Shown here: positions 9,778 through 18,199 of the stretch, in pieces | How positions within the stretch are numbered: the first letter of the stretch is position 1 | Layout of the letters: each line of letters opens with the position of its first letter | NCBI GenBank assembly: GCA_903903945.1 | Contig: CAIVAP010000244.1 | Location: 1 to 55,259 of the forward strand | Reading direction: 5' to 3' | From: an uncultured bacterium | GTDB lineage: Bacteria > Zixibacteria > MSB-5A5 > CAIYYT01 | DNA: 55,259 nt | Position numbers and translations under genes: made by a program | Notes under the pieces: model-generated | What the model was told of the DNA's origin: nothing | Databases searched by the model: none | Seen by the model: only the letters and a program-made list of their open reading frames with translations

Positions 9778-10420
9778 GCGGCCTTCCTTCCTTATTCGAG
9801 GATGTTTATCCTCCCGTCCATATGTTCGGCGGATATGAAGGAAATGTTTAGTCGGTTTGGAAGGGAACTCCTATCGGTGACTGACAGACCCCCGAGGTGG
9901 CATGTGTGCTAGTAACGCCTGTGACGTCACGTCGGTGACCTGGATCTACCAAAGCGATTGGCTAAGAGGACGCTTCTTGCTCTCCCGCAACGACTGTGAC
10001 GAGGTACGTGATTCGTGCACAGGTAACCTATTAGTACGCAAGCCATTAGGCGTCTAACGAAATGGGGTGCTGTCAAAGTTAGAGAACCAAGCAACCAGGG
10101 TCGCGACGACGCTACCTGTCCATCAGTACGATGAAGTTGGCTCAATCGTGAAGTTGGCACCAGACGCAGTTCTCCTTTCAAAAGCTGTTCTTCCACGGCC
10201 AATCGCACGAATTCGCGGCTGCAACGACATGTCTTGACCCTTGATGCTGCACCGGACGGATCCAGGACTTTGGATCACTGAGAGTACTCGTGTTTCTGGC
10301 ACTGAACGCGTTGACACGACACAGCAAAAAACATCATATTGCCAATCACAAAGGCCTTTTCTAACTGAACAGAATTTTCTATTTTGTCTATCACTTGAAA
10401 AAAGAAGGAGCGAGACTTCA

Positions 10421-13400
10421 ATGAAAGAGATTCAGATTCTGCATTGCTCTGATATTCACTGCGGGGCGAACTTCATCCTCTCCCCAAAAGAGGTAGCAAA
10501 TTACTCCAGGTTGTCGCCAGAGTGCTATCTTGCCGAAAAGGTCGCCAAAGATGTTGCAGCGAACTTCCCGAAGCGTCTTGATCTAGTGGTTGTCAGCGGA
10601 GATGTCAGCGAGAGCGGTGTGAAAGTGGAGTTTGAGATGGCTTGGCGGTTTTTGGAACACTTGATCAACTGCCTTCGAGATTCGAAGAAACAGCAGTTAT
10701 CCATGGATCAACTCATCGTTGTTCCAGGCAATCATGATATCAACTTCGACGATAACAAGACTGCTTACAAAGCCGCCAAGGGCAGGAAACCCGCCTACCA
10801 GTTCACGGAGAGACTCGACAGATTTGGTGAATTCTACAAGCGGATATATGCGAGGACATCGCACGCACGCACATATAATAAAGAGCAAGGGATTCACATT
10901 TTCAGATATCCGGACTTGGGGATGGCTGTATTTGGCTTCAACTCGTGCGGCAAGATCGGCCACACTACGCCATCGGCACCGGGTCATCTTCTCCCCGAAG
11001 ACATACTTTCGGCATTCGATCAACTCAAAGATGTCGAAAAGTATCCTGCGCGCATTGGCATCTTCCACCATAACGCGGTGGAAGTGCCAGTATTTGGAGA
11101 GTTTGACCAGCGTGACTGCTTGTCGTCAGCTGCGGTCGATCATTCGGCTTTTGTAAGGAGCGGCATATCCGCACTTCTTTATGGGCACAGGCACAGAGCG
11201 ATCACCGATACGTTGCTTCCATCAGGCGCGAAGAAGTCTGAAGCTATTGCATGTGTCGGCGCGAACTCACTCGGATGTGCGAGCGATTTGCGGCCCGGCA
11301 GTCATAACGGATATCAAATGATCACGATCCAAATCGAGGATGATAGTTGGGACATTAGCGTCGTTAGTAGAGTCCTCGATCTGACTACCCCGGCTACAGG
11401 TAGTGATTCCACTCCTGGGGTGTTTTCGAATGAATATCCAAAACCCTCAAGAGTTCGACTGTCACTTCGCAGTGTACGCCGCGAAAAGCAGGAAGTGTCG
11501 GCGCTACGAAACGAGAGCGGACGGGTCAAGAAGGAACCGGCACAGAGGCAGCGTCGTGGCTCCTTATCAGTCGAAACATTGCCGAAGAGCAAGAGACTTG
11601 GAACAGCCAGAATAGACATCAGTACAAAACTAGAAAGCCTGGGCGTGTTCAAAGGTTTGGGAATGATGAAGGAAGCGCAAAAGACGCTCAACGAGTTGAA
11701 GAAGTACGCCCGTGCAGATGTCGACAGGGCGCTGATCAGGTGTCTGAACAGCGAACTCGAAATCAGAAGTCTCCTCGATGAGGAGAAAATGAACCATGCG
11801 GCTCTGAGGGAAAAGTTCCAATTGATCTACAACATTCTGAGTGCTCCTGAGATAAAGGACTCATTTTCCTCGAGCGTCTTTCCAAGAGCAGCCTTTGATA
11901 CCGAGTTAGCTCGCAGCGAATACTGGAGTACACACTTCGCAACCGGGTTTTCTCAAGTCACACGTCCCGACACATACAAGTACATTAGAGAGGCAAGAGA
12001 GGCATTCGAAAAGTCGAAAAGAACTGACCACGAGATCAACAGGCACCTCATACTAATGCTGTTGAATCAAAATGAGTTTGCGCATGCCCGGCAGGCACTA
12101 CTGGAGGCAATTTCCTTAAGTCCCCAATATGCACCCTACTACGTCTTGAAAGCAGAGCTGGCTGAAAGGGAGATGCGCTACCAAGACGCTCTTGAATGCC
12201 TGCGCGAAGCTAAGTCCATCATGGATGGCAGGCCATGCCAAATGGTCGACTTCATGATAATGTATTGCCACTACTTTCTGGGTAACTATGAAGAAGCCGC
12301 AAATCTTATGAAAAAGGGAATTAGATCTTGGCCGAATAACAAAGGAATGGCGAACAACTATGCGTTCCTCAAGACAAGAGAGGCCAGACGGGAATTCGGA
12401 GACAGACTTTGGACAGAACAGCCCAAGAAGGCAATCGACTTGCTTCAGAGGTTCCTGAAAGCTATTGACAAGATAGGAACGCATGACACAGCCCATTTCA
12501 ACTACGCCTTGTTGGTATACTGGGCGTCACTGGAAGGAAAACAAGAAATTGCGATCAGGATATTGGGTGACAACGATAGGAAGAACTTGGAGCGGGTCGA
12601 TGACATCATCGAGTATCTCTTCAGAAAAGCAAGAGAGTTGTATCTCGAGAATCACGATTATATACATGGCTTCGTCGCGTCGTATTTCGCAGAGAAGGCC
12701 AAAGCGGGCAAGGCAAGCAGTATAAGGGATCTGCTCCTTGACGAATTCGCTTGGGACAATGACAATTTCTATACGTTCGGACACACCCTACGAAATCGAA
12801 AGCGTGCGCTTCTCGCAAAAGACAGAGCGATCAAGAACTTGTTTGGGTTTGGGCACATCGCGACTCTCAGAAGATGGAAGCGGGAATCATCGTCTTTTGC
12901 CGATACGGGTGCGCTGGCAGGCGGGGGCTACTATTTCAAGTGGCAAGACAAGGGACTAGTCGTCAATCCCGGGGCAGGTTTTCTAGCAAACTTCCAGCGC
13001 CGGGGCTATTCCATAAACGAGATTGATGCCATAATCGTGACATCCTCACACTATTCTGCTTACGAGGAATTTACTGACCTGTTGGAACAGGTGAAACAGG
13101 CCCACCGTTATAGGCCGAAGGAAGAGCGAGTTGCCGTCTACTTGGAGGGTTCCGTGCTCCAGAGGTTCCCTGATCTGGCTATTCGCAAAGTGCTCAGCAT
13201 TCAAAATCCACAAGTACTACCCGATAGGGAGACTTTCCTGTTTGGCGGAGAGCTCGTGCTTGAGTCGGCAATTCCTTGTGACAACGCTGGCCATATGACC
13301 GAGAGCACGAACGAGAGCTCTCTCTACAATCCGCCCGTTCTGACCAGACTGAAATTGATGGAGAATGGAACAGCTGTATCTTCCATATGCATAGTCAACA

Positions 13401-14002
13401 GTTTCTGTCCTTCGGACTCTGCACTCTCCTTCTTGAAAACCTGTGACTACTTGCTCGTCAGCATTGGCGCTTTCACTCCTTATGACCTCTTCAAGGCGTC
13501 CATGAATGAACAAATGAAGGCAGATTTGAGACAGCTCAGCTGTTACGACTCTCTTTACATAGAGAGTTTCGGTCTTAATTCCATAGCTGAGCTTCCTGAG
13601 GAATATGTCGAGACAACGAATGATAGAGTGTGCGGACTGAGTGATCAACACAATGTCAGTCTTGATCAGTTGATTCGTCTGGCTGATAGTATTCGCGATA
13701 TGAAAGGAAAAGTGGTAGTACTCGGCAATCTACCCCCGGAACTTGGAGACAAGAGACATGGTCTCGCCAAAGTACTAAACAAGTACTATCCTGATGGACC
13801 ATCGTATCTCACTGAGGACCTTGGATTGGTAATCGGACTACGAAAGAAGGAAGTACTATGCGAATGCTGCCACTCATGGGTGACGTTGTCCAACCTGAGA
13901 GAGGAGTGTATCGAAGGGAGGCTTACTGGTCTCATCAAGCACTTCTGTGAGAAGCACAGGCATGAAAAAGGATTTTCGGGTTTTCTGAGGAGAGAAGAGT
14001 GA
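10421..14002 (+). CDS. Calcineurin-like metallophosphoesterase + TPR + degenerate MBL-fold domain protein (putative defence/conflict protein)
   Basis: ATG at 10421 with GAAGGAG RBS. SDIH, SGD, PGNHD, FHH and YGHRH motifs. TPR-like helices in the middle. GGGYYFKW..GLVVNPG...IDAIIVTSSHYSAY is MBL-like but lacks HxHxDH. Confidence 0.8.
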   Translation: MKEIQILHCSDIHCGANFILSPKEVANYSRLSPECYLAEKVAKDVAANFPKRLDLVVVSGDVSESGVKVEFEMAWRFLEHLINCLRDSKKQQLSMDQLIVVPGNHDINFDDNKTAYKAAKGRKPAYQFTERLDRFGEFYKRIYARTSHARTYNKEQGIHIFRYPDLGMAVFGFNSCGKIGHTTPSAPGHLLPEDILSAFDQLKDVEKYPARIGIFHHNAVEVPVFGEFDQRDCLSSAAVDHSAFVRSGISALLYGHRHRAITDTLLPSGAKKSEAIACVGANSLGCASDLRPGSHNGYQMITIQIEDDSWDISVVSRVLDLTTPATGSDSTPGVFSNEYPKPSRVRLSLRSVRREKQEVSALRNESGRVKKEPAQRQRRGSLSVETLPKSKRLGTARIDISTKLESLGVFKGLGMMKEAQKTLNELKKYARADVDRALIRCLNSELEIRSLLDEEKMNHAALREKFQLIYNILSAPEIKDSFSSSVFPRAAFDTELARSEYWSTHFATGFSQVTRPDTYKYIREAREAFEKSKRTDHEINRHLILMLLNQNEFAHARQALLEAISLSPQYAPYYVLKAELAEREMRYQDALECLREAKSIMDGRPCQMVDFMIMYCHYFLGNYEEAANLMKKGIRSWPNNKGMANNYAFLKTREARREFGDRLWTEQPKKAIDLLQRFLKAIDKIGTHDTAHFNYALLVYWASLEGKQEIAIRILGDNDRKNLERVDDIIEYLFRKARELYLENHDYIHGFVASYFAEKAKAGKASSIRDLLLDEFAWDNDNFYTFGHTLRNRKRALLAKDRAIKNLFGFGHIATLRRWKRESSSFADTGALAGGGYYFKWQDKGLVVNPGAGFLANFQRRGYSINEIDAIIVTSSHYSAYEEFTDLLEQVKQAHRYRPKEERVAVYLEGSVLQRFPDLAIRKVLSIQNPQVLPDRETFLFGGELVLESAIPCDNAGHMTESTNESSLYNPPVLTRLKLMENGTAVSSICIVNSFCPSDSALSFLKTCDYLLVSIGAFTPYDLFKASMNEQMKADLRQLSCYDSLYIESFGLNSIAELPEEYVETTNDRVCGLSDQHNVSLDQLIRLADSIRDMKGKVVVLGNLPPELGDKRHGLAKVLNKYYPDGPSYLTEDLGLVIGLRKKEVLCECCHSWVTLSNLREECIEGRLTGLIKHFCEKHRHEKGFSGFLRREE

Positions 14003-14098
14003 AAATCTACCTTCCCTGAGTTGTTCCTACGTCAGCAATAGCTGGACATGTAGGGGCTCTTGAAGTAAGATGCTGGTACGGTGACCGACACATCCACG

Positions 14099-14277
14099 TT
14101 GTGACCGATTTGTGGCTACGAACTGTCCAAGTCAATCAAAACTGATACAAAGTAATACTTGAGATTTTTCCCGGCATCCACTTACCGCACAATATAATAC
14201 GTTGATAGTCAATCACTTGCATCTTCGTCTGGTTCGCTTTTTAAGTCCCTTGCGTCTACCAATTTCGCCACTCCGGC
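14099..14277. mobile_element. Outer att site (island/host junction)
   Basis: Arm TTGTGACCGATTTGTGGCT (14099-14117), conserved block TCAAAACTGATACAAAGTAATACTT, and perfect IHF consensus TATCAACGTATTA (minus, 14195-14207). Colinear with 8968-9146. Confidence 0.8.
14239..14277 (-). pseudogene. tRNA-Leu(UAA) 5' half, displaced by integration at the anticodon loop
   Basis: GCCGGAGTGGCGAAATTGGTAGACGCAAGGGACTTAAAA, followed by non-tRNA sequence. Confidence 0.88.
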
Positions 14278-14295
14278 AATTGGTGAAACGTCAGG

Positions 14296-14324
14296 AAGTT
14301 ACATAAATTCAAGGTGGAAGGCAA
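14296..14324 (-). promoter_or_regulatory. Probable native tRNA-Leu sigma70 promoter
   Basis: TTGCCT-N17-TAACTT, about 19 nt upstream of the tRNA start. Confidence 0.6.
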
Positions 14325-14391
14325 GCGGGGATGCGTAAGTGGCAGGGTGGCCTGGACGTTCGCCCGGGTTTCAGACGCGGACTCGCTTAAT

Positions 14392-14418
14392 GTCAGGAGC
14401 GCAGGGCTCCTGACCTAC
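14392..14418 (-). repeat. GTAG-type REP hairpin
   Basis: GTCAGGAGC-gcagg-GCTCCTGAC followed by CTAC. Confidence 0.55.
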
Positions 14419-14497
14419 AAGACTCACGAGATCAATCGCTGTGTGTACGACAAAATGCCACCCTTGCGATTGGGCACCCGACTTTGGCTGAGACGGA

Positions 14498-14911
14498 TCA
14501 GAAACTCGAATAGGCTCCTGACATGCGACGCTGCTGCGCCTCGTACTCCAAGCACGGGCGAAGCGCTGCGAACGATCTACTATTGTTGCCCCATACGTCA
14601 ATGACGAAGGATGACCGAATGACAATTCGTGAACAAGTGCCATTCTTCTTAAATCCTACAAATGCGAGATTTGGCGTCATTGCAAACTGAAGACGTGCCA
14701 ACCCCAGCATCTCCAGCGCTCTGCGGCCGTCTTCCTCAGTTCCCCCGACAGCACTGTGGAGATAGAGCAACTCCTCGCTCCTCGCCCGAGCAAAGGCTGC
14801 GACTGATTCACCAGTTGCTTCCCCCGGAACTATTAGCATCACGAAATCGGGAAGCTGACTCTGTTCGTGTTTGGGGGGGTCATTTTGTTTGCGCTTTGAG
14901 AACCATCCCAT
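14498..14911 (-). CDS. Hypothetical protein
   Basis: 137-aa ORF with GGAGG RBS; no recognised motif. Confidence 0.5.
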   Translation of the reverse strand: MGWFSKRKQNDPPKHEQSQLPDFVMLIVPGEATGESVAAFARARSEELLYLHSAVGGTEEDGRRALEMLGLARLQFAMTPNLAFVGFKKNGTCSRIVIRSSFVIDVWGNNSRSFAALRPCLEYEAQQRRMSGAYSSF

Positions 14912-15049
14912 TGTAGTGTCCTCCTTACCTATCGACTAAAGTGAAGACGGTTTCGTCTATCCGATCTTCTGACAAATTCCCGTACGTCGCATATTCTCTA
15001 TCGGGCATAAGGTGTCCAACCCCAAGGTTGGGTGCGTTATGACCTGTCC

Positions 15050-15574
15050 CTACTCTTCAATCGTCACCTGACACGCCTTGAACGTCGGTGGATTGGCCAC
15101 AAGATTCAGCTGGAGGTCGTAGAAACTAAGTGGCAGTCGCGGATAATCGAATGTATTCAGCAGAAAAGTCGTGTCGGGTGCGCTCGTGCGAACCATAAAA
15201 TAGATCGTGGCGAGCAGGCCGCGACCGGTCGCAACTGCGGCAGAATCGTCAACAACGCCAATCGAGATCGTGTCAGTTTTGGCAAGAACATTTTTGAACA
15301 TAAATTGATCGGCGCGGCTGTTCTTGAACGAGACCGAATCGAGATGCAGGAGAGAGGAGGGGAATAATATAGGCACGTTGATTGCGGACAGAGAGACCTC
15401 GTTGTCGAAGTTGACCGGCACGGTAAAAACCTCTCCGGGCGCAGCCTGAATCTTCTCGGGTAAGTAGACCCGATTCGCAATCTTTTCCGGCTCGTCGCTG
15501 CTATCGCCGCACCCTACGATTCCGGCGCCTATTAGAAAGAACAGTGTGGCGAAAACGCGGCCAAATCGAAACAT
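15050..15574 (-). CDS. Cohesin-like domain lipoprotein
   Basis: Signal peptide with lipobox IVGC. PGEVFTVPV...GLLATIYF beta-sandwich pattern. Confidence 0.7.
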   Translation of the reverse strand: MFRFGRVFATLFFLIGAGIVGCGDSSDEPEKIANRVYLPEKIQAAPGEVFTVPVNFDNEVSLSAINVPILFPSSLLHLDSVSFKNSRADQFMFKNVLAKTDTISIGVVDDSAAVATGRGLLATIYFMVRTSAPDTTFLLNTFDYPRLPLSFYDLQLNLVANPPTFKACQVTIEE

Positions 15575-15759
15575 CTCAACTCCATTCCAGCATGTCTATC
15601 AGTTAGATAACGCGCCACGGTACAATTTGTCCAATGCTTTTTTTGGCTACCGCGGTGATTGTTCAGCAGGAATCGGTGTTTTAGTGCAACTAAGCACTAC
15701 AAAATCAGTTGCCAATCGTATCATAGTTTGTATTATACCGCGAGTTGAGTGGAGGATAT

Positions 15760-16956
15760 ATGAATTCTGTTGAATTGGCCAGGAAAGTTTTCTGGGTGGG
15801 GGCGGCAGACCCTGATTTGCGGGTATTCGATATCGTCGTTAAGACGGATTACGGAACAACCTACAATTCCTATCTACTCGTGGGGGAAAAGGTAGCTCTG
15901 ATCGATGCGGTCAAAGAGGGGTTCGAGAATGTTCTCTTCGCCCGTATTGAGGAACACGTACCGTTAGAGCGGATCGACTATCTGATCGTCAATCACACCG
16001 AACCCGACCACTCCGGCGCCATCAAGCTACTTCTGGCGCGCAATCCCAAGATCAAGCTCGTATGCTCCAAACCGGCGGTGCCGTTTTTGAAGAATATCGT
16101 CAACGACGAATCAGTCGCGATCGATGGCGTCAAAGGTGGCGACCGTCTCGATCTGGGAGGGCTGACGCTCGAATTTATCTCGGCTCCATTTATGCACTGG
16201 CCGGATACTATGTTTACCTATTGTCCCGAGGAGAAGATTCTTTTCCCGTGCGACGGGTATGCGGCGCATTTTGCCCCTTACGAATCAATCTTCTTCAAAC
16301 CGGGGGACAAGGTGCATGAGAAGGAGGCATGGCACTACTATGACGCGATCATGCGTCCGTACGCGTCCTTTTGTCGGAAAGCATCGCAGGCCGTGATTGG
16401 CATGGATATCAAAATCGTAGCACCATCACATGGGCCAATCAACCGCGACGAGCCGAAGCGTTTTATCGAAAAGTATCTGGAATGGACAGCGCCGAAGAAC
16501 GTTGGCGACAAGAAGCGCGTCCTAATAGCTTTTGCCAGTTCTTATGGAAATACCAGAATGATGGCGCAGGAGATCGACCAGACGCTCCAGCAGGCCGGTT
16601 TGTCAACCACAATGGTGGACCTGGCTCATATCCCCGCGAAGGAGTTACGTGATCATTATGAAGCGGCTGACGCGATTCTTTTTGGTACGCCGACTTTCGT
16701 CGGCGATGTGGTCAAGCCGGTGTGGGACGCTGCCCAGCTATTGATGACGGTTTCGAGCGTCGGCAAAAAGGCCGCCGTGTTTGGCTCCTATGGCTGGGGA
16801 GGGCAGGCGGTGGACATATTGGAATCATACCTTGAAGGCCTCAAGCTCAAAGTGCACAAGCCCGGCGTTAAGGCAAGACTGGTTCCTTCGCAGACGGAAT
16901 TGGAGGAATGCAGACGTTTTGCTGAGGCGTTTAGTGGATTCGTGCGGCAGGGATAG
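15760..16956 (+). CDS. fprA: Flavodiiron protein (FprA/A-type flavoprotein)
   Basis: GTTYNSYL, NHTEPDHSG, HWPD and PSHG motifs plus a flavodoxin domain (SSYGNT, FGSYGWGG). GGAGG RBS. Confidence 0.93.
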   Translation: MNSVELARKVFWVGAADPDLRVFDIVVKTDYGTTYNSYLLVGEKVALIDAVKEGFENVLFARIEEHVPLERIDYLIVNHTEPDHSGAIKLLLARNPKIKLVCSKPAVPFLKNIVNDESVAIDGVKGGDRLDLGGLTLEFISAPFMHWPDTMFTYCPEEKILFPCDGYAAHFAPYESIFFKPGDKVHEKEAWHYYDAIMRPYASFCRKASQAVIGMDIKIVAPSHGPINRDEPKRFIEKYLEWTAPKNVGDKKRVLIAFASSYGNTRMMAQEIDQTLQQAGLSTTMVDLAHIPAKELRDHYEAADAILFGTPTFVGDVVKPVWDAAQLLMTVSSVGKKAAVFGSYGWGGQAVDILESYLEGLKLKVHKPGVKARLVPSQTELEECRRFAEAFSGFVRQG

Positions 16957-17054
16957 GCGATGCTTTCCGCTAAAGCGTAAACAAGAATGAACCGATACTC
17001 TATCATGTATGTTCGCTGGCGCCCATATTGAAAGTTTTGAGAATGTAAAAGCGC

Positions 17055-17082
17055 TTGACAAAACCTGAGAAAAGATTATGCT
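17055..17082 (+). promoter_or_regulatory. Sigma70-like promoter upstream of the RRM gene
   Basis: TTGACA-N16-TATGCT. Confidence 0.5.
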
Positions 17083-17504
17083 TGATGATATGCTGACAGC
17101 GGAAGCGCTGCCATGATCGTTAGTTTTTCCGGGATTTATCTGCTGAGTTATTCATCGACAGTTATCGTTGCAAGACCTGTTGCCTCCGTGTATTCGGCGG
17201 TAATGCTGAGTTCTTGCCGACAGCTTCAAAGCGCATGTGAATCGGTATTATCTCGGGTGAATCGTTCACCTTACAATGGTGTATCAGACACTTTGATTTC
17301 TAATTGAAACTTCCCCCTGACAGCAGCGGACTGTGAGCGCTCGCGCGGGTCTGAACCCTCAAGCGCAATTGGTCATTCCTGTGCGACCGGAAGTTGAAAG
17401 GAGCCGTAAAACACGGAATAGCAGACTTTGATTTGAGTGAAAAACATTAACTCTCGACGGGCCTGTTTGGCTTGCCGAGAATAGATAACTTTCTGGAGGA
17501 ACAA

Positions 17505-17816
17505 ATGAATATCTACGTGGGAAACCTCGCACGCGAAGCCAGTGAAGATGACTTGCGCGCGATTTTCGCCGAATTTGGACAGGTCAGCAAAGTGACCATT
17601 CTTAAGGACAGATTGAGCGGCGAGCCGAGAGGTTTCGGATTTGTCGAAATGTCGTCGCCCGAAGAGGCCAAGGCCGCAATTGAAGGCGCCAATGGTCGGC
17701 AACTCAAAGGGCAGTCGCTCCGTGTTAACGAAGCACGGCCACGCGAAGACAACCCTGATCGTGGCGGTGATCGTTCACGACGCCCTGGTGGTGGCGGTGG
17801 TGGTCGCGGCTGGTAA
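17505..17816 (+). CDS. RRM-domain RNA-binding protein with Gly/Arg-rich tail
   Basis: MNIYVGNL (RNP2), RGFGFVEM (RNP1). GGAGG RBS. Confidence 0.95.
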   Translation: MNIYVGNLAREASEDDLRAIFAEFGQVSKVTILKDRLSGEPRGFGFVEMSSPEEAKAAIEGANGRQLKGQSLRVNEARPREDNPDRGGDRSRRPGGGGGGRGW

Positions 17817-17863
17817 GCTCAGAAACTGCAACCAAACCGCGATCATGGCGGCTGATTGATACC

Positions 17864-17898
17864 GTGCCGTGCTTCTCATGAGGAGTACGGCACTCTTA
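17864..17898 (+). terminator. Probable intrinsic terminator
   Basis: GTGCCGTGCTTCTC/GAGGAGTACGGCAC hairpin after the RRM gene, with a short T run. Confidence 0.5.
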
Positions 17899-17917
17899 AT
17901 CGTACAACCGTCCGAGA

Positions 17918-18138
17918 GCGCCGGCAGGAATCCTGAGGGCGTCCCATAAATTGTAGTTAGAGGTTATGCCGTAGGTGCGAATTTATTCGCACAACTTCGA
18001 TTTATCCTTCTTGTTTGGACCGGAGTAATTTGGCAAAGAGGTGTATTTCCTACTATGCTCGAGTGCGAATAAATTCGCACCTACAACCCCTCAAACCGAC
18101 TTGTGGGACAGCCTCGGGGTTCCTGAAGACGCCTGAAG
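17918..18138. repeat. MITE-like element with imperfect terminal IRs enclosing an inverted GTAG-REP pair
   Basis: Ends are shared with 45606-45808. Perfect 22-bp inverted repeat GTAGGTGCGAATTTATTCGCAC at 17971-17992 and 18063-18084. Confidence 0.7.
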
Positions 18139-18199
18139 AAGAGAGGACTTTTCAACAGTCCCGTATGATCGGTACGGCACTTCCAACAGTACTACATTC

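Larger units (their letters stand above)
9147..14238. mobile_element. ~5.1 kb att-bounded cassette with no recognisable integrase
   Basis: Lies between two homologous tRNA-Leu att sites, with arm motifs near both ends. No integrase ORF in the six-frame track. Confidence 0.7.

Noticed and set aside
9290-10400. Integrase remnant in the cassette's non-coding stretch
   Set aside because: No R...HxxR...Y motifs recognised by eye. A translated search would be needed to exclude it fully.
10241-10420. N-terminal extension of the 1253-aa ORF
   Set aside because: ATG 10421 has a good RBS directly before the first phosphoesterase strand; the upstream DNA contains a TTGACA promoter-like element.
14100-14277. 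tRNA-Leu(UAA) group I intron or an intact tRNA
   Set aside because: The break follows the full anticodon loop rather than the first anticodon base. No intron core or 3' exon was seen, and the adjoining DNA has att arm and IHF features.
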